Assembly: GCA_963760475.1 (NCBI GenBank)
Contig: CAVXDG010000002.1
Location: 11,602-75,601, forward strand
Origin: an uncultured Acidobacteriaceae bacterium
GTDB taxonomy: Bacteria; Acidobacteriota; Terriglobia; Terriglobales; Acidobacteriaceae
Direction of reading: 5' to 3'
Length of the DNA: 64,000 bases
This document shows, in pieces, positions 52,450-62,028 of this stretch. Each line of letters begins with the position of its first letter. Position 1 is the first letter of the stretch. The position numbers and the translations under genes are program-made. The notes under the pieces were generated by a model. That model had not been told where the DNA came from. It ran no database searches and saw only the letters and a program-made list of their open reading frames with translations.

Positions 52450-53582
52450 GAGGTCTCCGCCGGTGCCGTCGCTCTCGGATCGATCGCGTCGTCCTTCGCA
52501 AGCGCAGCAACGCGCTCTCCGAATTTCAGAATGCGCTCCTTCAAAGCCAGCAATTGTTTGGCCGTCAACGCCTTCGACCCGCGGCCCGCATAGAGCTTGG
52601 CCTGCTTCCGCGCCACTTCCTTCGCTCGCGCCAGCTGCAGCGTCCGGAACGCCGCGGATCGCTCTGCCTCGCTCACCAGCGCTTCGTAGCTGCGCAGAAT
52701 CAGCTCGGCACTATGGCAGATCAGCATCAGATCCGTTCCTGCGCGTACCGCAGCAACAGCAGCTTGATCCACCGGCATGAATTTGAGAATCCCACCCATC
52801 TCCAGATCGTCCGACACAATCAGCCCGCGATACCCGATGCGCCTGCGCAGCACTGTCTTGGTCCAGAAGCTTGACGCGCTCGCAGGCCGGTCTCCGCCCT
52901 TCTGGTCTGGATAGCTCGCATGATTCACCATCACCATCGGCGTGTCGCGTTTCAGCTCTTCGTAGACACGCAGGTCCTCGCTCCAGAGTTTCTTTCCGCG
53001 TTGGATCCGCGGCGTGACGAAATGCGAATCGAAGGTCCCTCCCCCAAGCCCGGGGAAGTGCTTCGCGCATCCCGCCACGCCTTCGCGCTTCAATCCCTCG
53101 AGAAGCGGCCTCGCATACGCAACCGTCTCCTGCCACGTCGCCCCGGCACAGCGCGATCCCATCACCGCAGCCGACTCGGGAAGCCCCAGGTCCACCACAG
53201 GCGCCAGTGTCGTGTTGAGCCCGAAAGCCTTCACCGCCCGCGCAATCAGCTCCCCATGTTCGCGAGCGAAGGCCGGCTTTCCCGATCGTTCCATCGCAGC
53301 GCCAACAGCCCGCGCTGAAGGCAGAGGCGCCAGCGCATCGCGCAGCCGATTCACCGTGCCACCTTCCACATCCACACTGCGCGCCGCATGGGGCGCACAG
53401 TATCCGGCCGCCTCGTCCAGCAACGCACGCGTCTGCGCAGCGTCCACGATGTTGCGCTTGAATAGAATCACGCCGCCGGGCCGCACCAACTTCAGCCATG
53501 CGCGTTCAAGCCCCGTCAACTCCGTTCCGCCCAGTCCAACCACAAGCAGACTGCCCGCCGCCTGCCGCACTGTACCTGCCAT
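52446..53582 (-). CDS. nagZ: GH3 beta-N-acetylhexosaminidase
   Basis: GGVILFKRN, DVEGG, KHFPGLG....DSH and SDDLEM motifs. Confidence 0.88.
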   Translation of the reverse strand: MAGTVRQAAGSLLVVGLGGTELTGLERAWLKLVRPGGVILFKRNIVDAAQTRALLDEAAGYCAPHAARSVDVEGGTVNRLRDALAPLPSARAVGAAMERSGKPAFAREHGELIARAVKAFGLNTTLAPVVDLGLPESAAVMGSRCAGATWQETVAYARPLLEGLKREGVAGCAKHFPGLGGGTFDSHFVTPRIQRGKKLWSEDLRVYEELKRDTPMVMVNHASYPDQKGGDRPASASSFWTKTVLRRRIGYRGLIVSDDLEMGGILKFMPVDQAAVAAVRAGTDLMLICHSAELILRSYEALVSEAERSAAFRTLQLARAKEVARKQAKLYAGRGSKALTAKQLLALKERILKFGERVAALAKDDAIDPRATAPAETS

Positions 53583-53613
53583 CGAGTCTCCTGAACTTCG
53601 CGCCCGTCGATTC

Positions 53614-53642
53614 TAGTCCCTAGTCCCTAATCCCTCAGTCCC
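53614..53642 (+). repeat. Short tandem heptamer repeat (TAGTCCC)
   Basis: TAGTCCC TAGTCCC TAATCCC TCAGTCCC, overlapping the mutS stop. Confidence 0.7.
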
Positions 53643-56484
53643 TTGTCTTTCAACTCCTGCTGCAACTCCTCCAGCAGATTCAGCGCCTGCAGCGGAGTCA
53701 GCGCATTCACATCCACCGCTTCGATCCGATCCACGATCCGCTGCGACAACGGCGTAAAAATCGTCATCTGCATCGGCTCCGCCACCGTCTCTGCTTGGAC
53801 GCTCTGCCGCTCCTGCTTCTCGTGCTGCTTCAACACATGCTTCGCCCGTTCGATCACCGCGGCAGGCAGTCCCGCCAGCTTCGCCACTTCGATGCCGTAG
53901 CTCTTGCTCGCCGCACCCGACTCAATCGTGTGCAGAAACACAATCCCGCCCGCGTCTCCTTCACGCCCACGCGCAGATTCCGCACCCGCTTCAGCTTCTC
54001 GGCCAGCAGCGTCAGCTCGTGATAGTGCGTGGCAAACAGCGTACGCGCGCCCGTTTCTGCATGCAGATATTCCACCGTCGCCCACGCCAGGCTCAGACCC
54101 ATCGAACGTCGCCGTCCCGCGCCCCATCTCGTCCAGCAGAATCAGCGACCGCTTCGTCGCCGTGTTCAGGATCGTTGCCGTCTCCGTCATCTCCACCATG
54201 AACGTCGACCGGCCCGCGCGCCACATTGTCGCTGGCCCCTATGCGCGTGTAAATGCGATCCACCAGCCCCAGCCGCAAGCTCTCTGCCGGAACAAAGCAG
54301 CCCATCTGCGCCATCAGCACCAGCATCGCGGCCTGCCGCAGGTAGGTGCTCTTGCCGCCCATGTTCGGTCCCGTAATCAGCAGCAGGCTTGGACCCTCTC
54401 CTTCAGAACTAAGAAAGAGGTCATTCGCGATGAAGCGTCCTTCGCGCGTCTCTTCCATCCAGCGCTCAATCACCGGATGCCGCGCCGCGACCGCCTCGAG
54501 CACCAGCTCATCTGTCAGCCGCGGCCGCACATAGCGTCGCGCAGCGGCCAGGTGCGCGAAGTTCGCCAGCAGATCCGCCTCGGCCACCGCGGCGGAACTC
54601 CGTCGAATTCTGCTCGCAGCTTCCAGCACGCTTTTCCGAAGCTCCGCAAAAATCCGCTTCTCAATCTCTACGGAGCGCTCGTGCGCCGTCAGAATCTTGC
54701 GCTCGTACTCTTTCAACTCCGGTGTCGTGAACCGCTCCGCATTCACCAGCGTCTGCTTGCGTTCGTAGTCCGCCGGCGCCAGCGCCATGTTCGCTTTCGT
54801 AATCTCGATGTAGTACCCAAACACCGAGTTGTAGCGCACCTTCAGCGACCCGATCCCCGTCCTCTGCCGCTCGCGCTCTTCGATCGCCGCAATCTGCTGT
54901 CGCCCTGTCGTCGAGATGGTCCGCAGCTCATCCAGCTCCGCGTCCACGCCCGTCGCAATCACGCCGCCATCGGCCAGCGTCAGCGGAGGATCGTCGACCA
55001 GCGTCGCCTCAATCCGTGCCGTCACATCGTCCAACGTATCCAGCCGCTCCGTCAACCCGCGCCACAGGGTAGCCTTCATTGCTTCGAGCGCGTACTTCAG
55101 TCCCGGCAGCCGCGCCAGGCTCGCGCGCCATTGCCCGCACGTCGCGTGGCCCGCCGAGTCGAGACTTAACCGCGCCAGCAGCCGTTCCAAATCAAGAATC
55201 CCAGCAAACGCTCGCCGCACTTCCTCGCGCTTGAGCAGGTCGCCATGCGCCTCGGCCACAGCCTCATACCGCGCTTCAATCTCCTCGCCACTCACCAGCG
55301 GCCGCAGGATCGTTGCCCGCAGCAGCCGCTTCCCCATCGGCGTCATGGCATGCATCGAGCGTGTGGAACAGCGTTGTCCGTGCATCCTGTCCCGCAAACA
55401 GCGGATCGACCAGTTCCAGGTTCCGCACCGTCACCTGGTCCAGTTCCAGCGCCGTCGAGTGTTCCTCGAACCGCAGCGAATCAATATGCAGCGCCTCGTT
55501 CTTTTGCGTCGTGCGCACATAATGCAGCACCGCTCCGGCTGCAATCGCTGCCGCACTCGTGACCCACCAGCCCGTAGCCTTCGAGTGTGCGCACCTTCAA
55601 CTGCCGTTCCACCAGCGGAACAGCAAAGTCACGCGTCCACACCCAGTCCTCGACACGCGTCCGTGCTGCCACGCGCTCCAGCGCCGCCGGAGTCTCCGCG
55701 CTCGCCGCCAGCAGCACCTCGCTCGGCGCCTGCCAGCAGAATCGCGTCCGTAGCTTGCTGCCGCGCCGATGCACCACGAAACTCCAGCAGTGCGAAACTC
55801 CCCTGTTGACACATCCAGCAGCGCGATCGCGCACACCAACTCTTTAGAGGGTACGGGCTTGAGCCCGTACGACACGGTGTCGTTTTCGTGAGGGGCTTTA
55901 GCCCCCGAGGAGCGCTTGTCGCGCCCACTGCTCGGGCCCTCAATATAGGCGGCCAGAAAATTGTTCTGCTCCTGCCCCAGCTCCGCATCCAGCGCCGTCC
56001 CCGGCGACAGAACCCGTGTCACCTCGCGCCGCACAATCTTCTTCGTGAGCTTCGGGTCCTCCATCTGGTCGCAGATCGCGATCCGATATCCCTTGCGCAG
56101 CAGTCGCGCCAAATATCCTTCGACCGCGTGATACGGCACGCCGCACATCGGCACCTGCTTCTCGCGGTCCCGCGCCGTCAACGTCAGTTGCAGCTCGCGG
56201 CTCGCTACCACCGCATCGTCGTAGAACAGCTCGTAGAAATCTCCCATGCGAAAGAACAGCAGCGCATCGGGATTCTCTCGCTTCGCCGCCGACCACTGGC
56301 GCATGAAGGGCGTAAGCTCTCCCTGTTTTTCTGGAGCTGCTTTTTCCGGAGCAGGCTTCACGAGTGGCGCGTTCTCGGCAGCAACATTGCCCGGAGTCAG
56401 ATCGAGCACCGGCCCCAACGCTGGTTCTTCTGGGGGAAGGGAAGGCGTTCCAGCCGTCACGGGTTGAGTCTCAGCCGGTTGCAC
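53627..56484 (-). CDS. mutS: DNA mismatch repair protein MutS (multiple apparent frameshifts)
   Basis: [47 protein letters not shown] and SYGIEVA across frames. Confidence 0.95.
55851..55905. repeat. Bipartite palindromic element, in frame within mutS
   Basis: GTACGGGCT-TG-AGCCCGTAC, 21 nt, then GGGGCTTTAGCCCC. Confidence 0.85.
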
Positions 56485-56852
56485 GATTGACTACAAGATT
56501 ACCGTGCCCGCGCTCACGCGCCGGTGTGCGAAACAGGTACCGAAGCTTGACCTCTCCGGCCCACAAATACGCCAAACCTCGCCGCCCCGCAGGTCTGTCA
56601 GTCAGATCGAACCGGGTCAAAACGGGTGCCGTCGCCGCCGGTTCCCACGCCATTGCTTGATCTCTTAACCGGTGTTTGTTACGAATGGAACCAACAGACC
56701 ACCGCCCTCATCCATACAAACGGCGATAGAATCAACACCTGGTTCTATGTCTCTCCACGTGGCAACACAAGGGATACCGTTCGCGTTTGCCCTCAACTTG
56801 GTGATTTGGATCACAGTATACTGATGCCTAAGGCCTTAAGGTTGTGTACGGC

Positions 56853-57689
56853 ATGCATCTTCTCTGGCTCCGAGTCGCGGCCATTCTCTACGCCGCAGCA
56901 AGCGTCGCCATCTTCCCGGCCGTCCTCTATTCGGTGGACCGCTGGCGCAGGTGGTGTGTGCATCTCGGTGGCCTTGCCTTCTTCTTTCACTTCATTTCTG
57001 CCGTAGAAATGCTCGCCGAAGCTCATCGATTCGTCCCTGTAGGTGCGCGGGAGGTCGAATCACTCCTTGGCTTTGCCATCGCCGGCCTGTTTTTCCTGGC
57101 CTGGTGGCTCTACGACGCCATCTCCCTCGGTGTTTTCGCCCTACCGCTCACCTTCTTTCTCGTTTTCGTGCCCTCCCTCGGATTGACCCACTACGTCTTC
57201 CCGTCGCAAGGGGTTCGAACCAGCTGGCTCGTCGCCCACATCTCGGCCCTGCTCGCTGCCTATGCCGCCCTCGGTTTTAGCTTGCTGGCTTCCGTCCTCT
57301 ACCTCGTTCAGGAAAACCGCCTCAAAGCCAAGCGCAAACCCGGCGATGACTCCTGGTGGATGCCGCTCGACTGGCTCCCGCCACTCGATACCCTCGAGCG
57401 CCTCGCCCACGCCATGCTCCTATTCGGCTTTCCTTGCATGACCGTCGGCCTCGTTCTTGGCGCCGTCCTTGTCCAGGAAACATCGCTCGGCGCAGCCTAC
57501 TTCCTCGATCCCAAGGTCCTGGCTTCCTTTGTCCTCTGGGGCGTCTACATCCTTCTTCTCTTCCTGCGCCGCACGGTGGGCTTGCGCGGACGCAGAGCCG
57601 CGTATCTCTCCGGCGCGGTCCTCGCCTGCATGATCGTTGTCTGGGCCGCCAACCTGGTCAGCCATGTCCACAGGTTTGGTGCCCCATGA
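56853..57689 (+). CDS. CcsA/HemX-like cytochrome c assembly membrane protein
   Basis: About 8 TM segments; WLVAHI, LPPLDTLE, DPKV and LRGRRAAY; overlaps hemA. Confidence 0.85.
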   Translation: MHLLWLRVAAILYAAASVAIFPAVLYSVDRWRRWCVHLGGLAFFFHFISAVEMLAEAHRFVPVGAREVESLLGFAIAGLFFLAWWLYDAISLGVFALPLTFFLVFVPSLGLTHYVFPSQGVRTSWLVAHISALLAAYAALGFSLLASVLYLVQENRLKAKRKPGDDSWWMPLDWLPPLDTLERLAHAMLLFGFPCMTVGLVLGAVLVQETSLGAAYFLDPKVLASFVLWGVYILLLFLRRTVGLRGRRAAYLSGAVLACMIVVWAANLVSHVHRFGAP

Positions 57690-59068
57690 CCCTTGCTCTC
57701 TACGGCATCAACCACAAGACCGCGCCCATCAATCTGCGCGAACGCGTTGCCATCTCGCGCGACGAGCTGCCCGAGGTCACCAGCGCCCTTGCTTCCGTCC
57801 CCGGCGTCGCTGAGTGCATGATCGTGTCCACCTGTAATCGTGTCGAAATGCTCGCTGTACTCGACCCTCCGAATCCAGGTACTGCTAACGCGCCTTCGCC
57901 AGAACCCGACCTGGTTGGATTTTTGAATCGCCAGTTCGGCCTCGATCCGGCGCTTCTCGCGCCCCACATCTATTGCCACACCGATCAGGATGCTGTCCGA
58001 CATCTCTTTCGCGTCGCCGCTAGTCTCGACTCCATGGTCGTCGGTGAGCCGCAGATTCTGGGTCAGGTGAAAGAGGCCTACGCCGTAGCCCGCACCGCAG
58101 GCACCATCGGCTCTGAGCTCGAACACCTGCTCCAATCCGCCTTCGCCGCAGCCAAGCGTGTGCGCACTGAAACCGAAATCGGCGCCAACTCCGTCTCCAT
58201 TGCCTCGGTCGCCGTCGAGCTCGCCCGCAAGATTTTCGGATCGCTCAACGGTCGCACCGTCTTTCTCGTCGGTGCAGGCAAAATGTCTGAGCTCGCCGCG
58301 CGCCACCTCGTCCAGCAGGGAGCAGGCGCCATCCTCGTTACCAACCGCACACAGGAGCGCGCCCGCCAGCTCGCCGCCCCCTTCAACGGCCGCGTCATCC
58401 CTTTCGACAAACTCTACGAAGCCGCCAGCGAAGCCGACATCGTGATCAGCTCTACCGGCGCGCCACACCCCATCTTCCGTCGCGAGCACGGACAGTCCTT
58501 CATGCATCGCCGCCGCAACCGGCCCATGTTCTTCATCGATATCGCCGTGCCCCGCGACGTCGACCCAGCCGTCAACCAGATTGAAGGAATCTTTGTCTAC
58601 GACATCGACGACCTGCAACAGGTTGCTGCTTCCCATATCGCCGAGCGCGGTCGTCAGGCCGGCGATGCCGAGGCCCTCGTCGCCGCTGAAGTCGAGCGCT
58701 TCCAGCAGCGCCGCCGCACCGTCAATGTGGCTCCGGCAATCGTCAGCCTCCAGCAGCAGGCTGAAGAGCTGCGCCAAGCCGAGATGCGCCGCATGCACCC
58801 GCGCCTCGGTACACTCACCACCGAGCAGTTGGCCGCCGTTGAAGCCCTCACCCGCGGCCTCGTCAACAAGTTCCTTCATCCGCCCATGCAGGCCCTCAAG
58901 CAGGCCGCCCGCGACAACGACTCCGCGCGTGTAGAAGCCCTCTGCGAAACATGGTCCCTGCCAACCGTTGCTGAAGCCGCTTCCGTCACCGAAATGCCCA
59001 GCCCCACTGAAGTCTCCGAGGAGCGCAAAAGCAAGGAACGCGAATCCAGCGCGGCGGTCCGCCCATGA
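57686..59068 (+). CDS. hemA: Glutamyl-tRNA reductase
   Basis: GINHKTAP, STCNRVE, SLDSMVVGEPQILGQ, GAGKM and DIAVPRD motifs. Confidence 0.97.
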   Translation: MTLALYGINHKTAPINLRERVAISRDELPEVTSALASVPGVAECMIVSTCNRVEMLAVLDPPNPGTANAPSPEPDLVGFLNRQFGLDPALLAPHIYCHTDQDAVRHLFRVAASLDSMVVGEPQILGQVKEAYAVARTAGTIGSELEHLLQSAFAAAKRVRTETEIGANSVSIASVAVELARKIFGSLNGRTVFLVGAGKMSELAARHLVQQGAGAILVTNRTQERARQLAAPFNGRVIPFDKLYEAASEADIVISSTGAPHPIFRREHGQSFMHRRRNRPMFFIDIAVPRDVDPAVNQIEGIFVYDIDDLQQVAASHIAERGRQAGDAEALVAAEVERFQQRRRTVNVAPAIVSLQQQAEELRQAEMRRMHPRLGTLTTEQLAAVEALTRGLVNKFLHPPMQALKQAARDNDSARVEALCETWSLPTVAEAASVTEMPSPTEVSEERKSKERESSAAVRP

Positions 59069-60018
59069 ACCTCCGCATCGGCAGCCGCGGTTCGCAACTC
59101 GCTCTCTGGCAGGCCAACCACATCGCCGCGCTTCTGCGCGCGCAGCACCACACGGTAGAGATTCAAATCATCAAAACCACCGGCGACCGGCTTCAGGAAG
59201 TCACTTTCGCACAAGTCGGGTCTAAGGGCATGTTCACCAAGGAAATTGAAGAAGCCCTCGCCGTCGGCGCCATTGATCTGGCCGTCCACTCCCTCAAAGA
59301 CCTGCCCACCGAACTCCCCGAGCCCTTCGCCCTCGCCGCCACACCCCCGCGCGTCGATCCCCGCGACGTCTTAGTCTCCGTGAATTACCCCAGCCTCGCC
59401 GCTCTTCCTCCGGGCGCAAAGATAGGCACCAGCAGCCAACGCCGTCGCGCCCAGTTGAAGGCCCTCCGCCCCGACGTCGAAGCCGTCGAATTTCGCGGCA
59501 ACGTCGACACACGGCTCCGCAAACTCGCCGAAGGCCAGGTCGATGCCATCCTCCTCGCCGCTGCCGGCCTCGACCGCCTTGAGAAAACAGACTGGGTTCG
59601 CGAGAGACTCGACCCCGCCGCCTTCTGCCCCGCCGCTGGCCAGGGCGCTCTCGGCATCGAAACACGCAAAGACGATCCCGCTACGATCGCCGCGCTCGCC
59701 TTCCTCGACGACGCGCACACACGTTTCGCGGTCACCGCCGAACGTGCCGCCCTCGCCGCCCTTGGCGGAGGCTGCCAGGTCCCCATCGGCGTCCACTGTC
59801 GCCTTTATGCCGCATCCAAAGACGGGATGCTCAACGGCCTCTGGGACGAAATCTTCGCCGTTGTCGCCGCACCCGAGACCGGCCAGGCCGTCCGCATTCT
59901 GCAGCGCGCGCCCCGCGCCGGCAGCGATCCCATCACCTTCGGCCAGCTCGCCGCACGCAAGCTCATCGAAGCCGGCGCCGGCCCTCTGCTCGCCGCACTT
60001 CCGCAAGCCTCCAGCTAA
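59065..60018 (+). CDS. hemC: Porphobilinogen deaminase
   Basis: GSRGSQLA, VHSLKD, RGNVDTR and GGCQVP motifs. Confidence 0.97.
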   Translation: MNLRIGSRGSQLALWQANHIAALLRAQHHTVEIQIIKTTGDRLQEVTFAQVGSKGMFTKEIEEALAVGAIDLAVHSLKDLPTELPEPFALAATPPRVDPRDVLVSVNYPSLAALPPGAKIGTSSQRRRAQLKALRPDVEAVEFRGNVDTRLRKLAEGQVDAILLAAAGLDRLEKTDWVRERLDPAAFCPAAGQGALGIETRKDDPATIAALAFLDDAHTRFAVTAERAALAALGGGCQVPIGVHCRLYAASKDGMLNGLWDEIFAVVAAPETGQAVRILQRAPRAGSDPITFGQLAARKLIEAGAGPLLAALPQASS

Positions 60019-60104
60019 TCTTTCTCGCAAGAATTGTCATTCGGCGCAGTAGAGTAGGAGGAGTTTTCGTATCGTGGATGGATTGTCATCCCGGCTCATA
60101 CTGC

Positions 60105-60144
60105 TGTCATCCTGAGCGGAGCGCAGCGGAGTCGAAGGACCTGC
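60105..60144 (+). repeat. TGTCATCCTGAGC...GAAGGACCT-type interspersed repeat
   Basis: TGTCATCCTGAGCGGAGCGCAGCGGAGTCGAAGGACCTGC, with partial TGTCAT heads near 60036 and 60084. Confidence 0.65.
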
Positions 60145-60185
60145 ATTTCCCGATCCTCCCATTCGAACGAGATCGAGACCAAGCA

Positions 60186-61094
60186 ATGACCACTCAACCC
60201 CTCATGAACCGCCGCATCCTCGTCACGCGGGGCGCCTCGCAAGCGCCCAGGCTCAGCGACGGCCTCCGCGCCCTCGGCGCTATCCCCATCGAAGTTCCTG
60301 TCCTTGAAATCGTTCCGCCCGAATCCTACGACCCCGTCGACACCGCACTTCAGAACCTTGCCCAGTACGACTGGCTCATTCTCACCAGCACGAACACGGT
60401 CCGCGTCCTCGCAGAACGTGCCTCAGGAGCTGGAATCTCGCTCGAAAAATTCGCGCCACAGAAAGTCGGAGCAGTCGGAGCAGCCACCGCCCAGGCCGCA
60501 CGCGATGCCGGCTTCACCGTCGCGCTCGTCCCCGAATCCTACGTAGCCGAAAGCCTGATTGCCGCCCTGCTCCAGCACGACCTCACAGAGGGCAAAACAA
60601 GCCGGTTGACCGAGGGCTCTGTAACAGGGCACGACTTGAGTCGTGCCAAAATCGAGCGGGAAAGAAGCGGGGCTTTAGCCCCTGCAAAGAGTCTCAACGG
60701 TGTAAAAATTCTGCTGGCCCGCGCCGCCATCGCCCGCGACGTCATCCCCGACGCGCTGCGCGACGCAGGAGCCATGATCGACGTCGTCGATGCCTATCAG
60801 AACGTCGTGCCTGCCGCCGCCCCGCAGCAGCTCCGCCACGCCTACGCCCGCGGACTCGACGCCGCCACCTTCACCAGCTCCTCCAGCGTCACCCATCTCG
60901 CCCAGGCTGCCGAAGCCAGCGGCGTTCCGTTTCCCCTCAAAGGTGTACGCGCCATCTCCATCGGCCCTGTCACGTCGCAGACGCTGCGCGACTTCGACTG
61001 GCCCCCCGCCGCCGAAGCAGATCCCCACGACATCCCAGGCCTCATCGCCGCCGTCACCCATGTCCTGGGCATCTGGAAGGATTCCACGCCTTAG
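60186..61094 (+). CDS. hemD: Uroporphyrinogen-III synthase with internal insertion
   Basis: ILVTR, DWLILTSTN, AVGAATA, FTSSSSV and SIGPVTS motifs. Confidence 0.93.
   Translation: MTTQPLMNRRILVTRGASQAPRLSDGLRALGAIPIEVPVLEIVPPESYDPVDTALQNLAQYDWLILTSTNTVRVLAERASGAGISLEKFAPQKVGAVGAATAQAARDAGFTVALVPESYVAESLIAALLQHDLTEGKTSRLTEGSVTGHDLSRAKIERERSGALAPAKSLNGVKILLARAAIARDVIPDALRDAGAMIDVVDAYQNVVPAAAPQQLRHAYARGLDAATFTSSSSVTHLAQAAEASGVPFPLKGVRAISIGPVTSQTLRDFDWPPAAEADPHDIPGLIAAVTHVLGIWKDSTP
60628..60682. repeat. Bipartite palindromic element, in frame within hemD
   Basis: GGCACGACT-TG-AGTCGTGCC, 21 nt, then GGGGCTTTAGCCCC. Confidence 0.85.
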
Positions 61095-61150
61095 CCGCGT
61101 CATAGATCGCAACGGAGAGCTGATTGCGAAATCCAAACCAGCACGACCGA

Positions 61151-61183
61151 GGGTGCCCCATGTCTCGATTCTGAGACGTGGGA
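61151..61183 (+). repeat. REP-like element family A, copy 4
   Basis: GGGTGCCCCATGTCTCGATTCTGAGACGTGGGA. Confidence 0.8.
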
Positions 61184-61257
61184 AAGCAATGAACCCAACC
61201 CAGCCACCTTTGGCAATCCCTAAATGCTACGAATCTGGACGAAGCGCGGCTGCCCCG

Positions 61258-62013
61258 CTAGCTGCTCCACGTCTTGTCTTCCGAATGGCACAGCGACTCC
61301 AGGTTGCACTTATCGCACTTCGGCTTGCGCGCGATGCACACCTGCCGGCCATGATGGATCACCTGGTGCGAAAACCTGATCCAGTGGTCCTTGGGGATCA
61401 CCTGCATCAGCTCCTGCTCCACCTTCGGCGCCGTATCGCCTTTCGCCAAATCCAGCCGGTGCGCGATGCGAAACACATGCGTATCCACGACCACGCCCTC
61501 GGCCTTCCCGAAGCTCACTCCGAGAACAACGTTGGCCGTCTTGCGCGCCGCACCCGGCACCGTAATCAGTTCCGCCAGCGTCTCCGGAACCTTCCCGCCG
61601 AAATTCTTCACAATCGTCTCGGCCGCGCCCTTGATCGACTTCGCCTTGTTGTGAAAGAACCCCGTCGTACGAATCAGCTCTTCAAGCTCCGGCAGTTTCG
61701 CTTTTGTCATCGCCTGCGGAGTAGGGAAGCGCTTGAACAGCTCCGGCGTGACCATGTTCACGCGCACATCCGTGCACTGCGCCGAAAGAATCGTCGCCAC
61801 CAGCAGCTCCCATGGCGATCGATGCGTCAGCGCGCAGACCGCGTCGGGATAGGCCTCGTCGAGCCCCTTCAGAATCGCAGCAATGCGCTCCGGCGCAAGG
61901 TCGCCGCGCATCGCGTGTCCCTTCGCACGAGCCTTCGCGAAATCGCCTTTGACCTTGCCGCGCGCGACCTTCGCTTTCGTAGCGCGTTTCTTTGTGGACT
62001 TCGCTTCCGCCAT
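61258..62013 (-). CDS. nth: Endonuclease III with Lys-rich N-terminal extension
   Basis: LSAQCTD, HhH (VPGAARKTA), VDTH and C-x6-C-x2-C-x5-C. Confidence 0.96.
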   Translation of the reverse strand: MAEAKSTKKRATKAKVARGKVKGDFAKARAKGHAMRGDLAPERIAAILKGLDEAYPDAVCALTHRSPWELLVATILSAQCTDVRVNMVTPELFKRFPTPQAMTKAKLPELEELIRTTGFFHNKAKSIKGAAETIVKNFGGKVPETLAELITVPGAARKTANVVLGVSFGKAEGVVVDTHVFRIAHRLDLAKGDTAPKVEQELMQVIPKDHWIRFSHQVIHHGRQVCIARKPKCDKCNLESLCHSEDKTWSS

Positions 62014-62028
62014 TGCCACCCAACCTTG

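Noticed and set aside
53627-56484. mutS pseudogene
   Set aside because: All motifs are intact across frames and the break pattern matches the other indel patches.
57356-57685. N-terminal extension or fusion of HemA
   Set aside because: It overlaps the ccsA-like gene in another frame; the real start is the ATGA overlap at 57686.
37434-61183. CRISPR array from the ~32-nt palindromic repeats
   Set aside because: The copies are dispersed kilobases apart, with no regular spacers and no cas genes.
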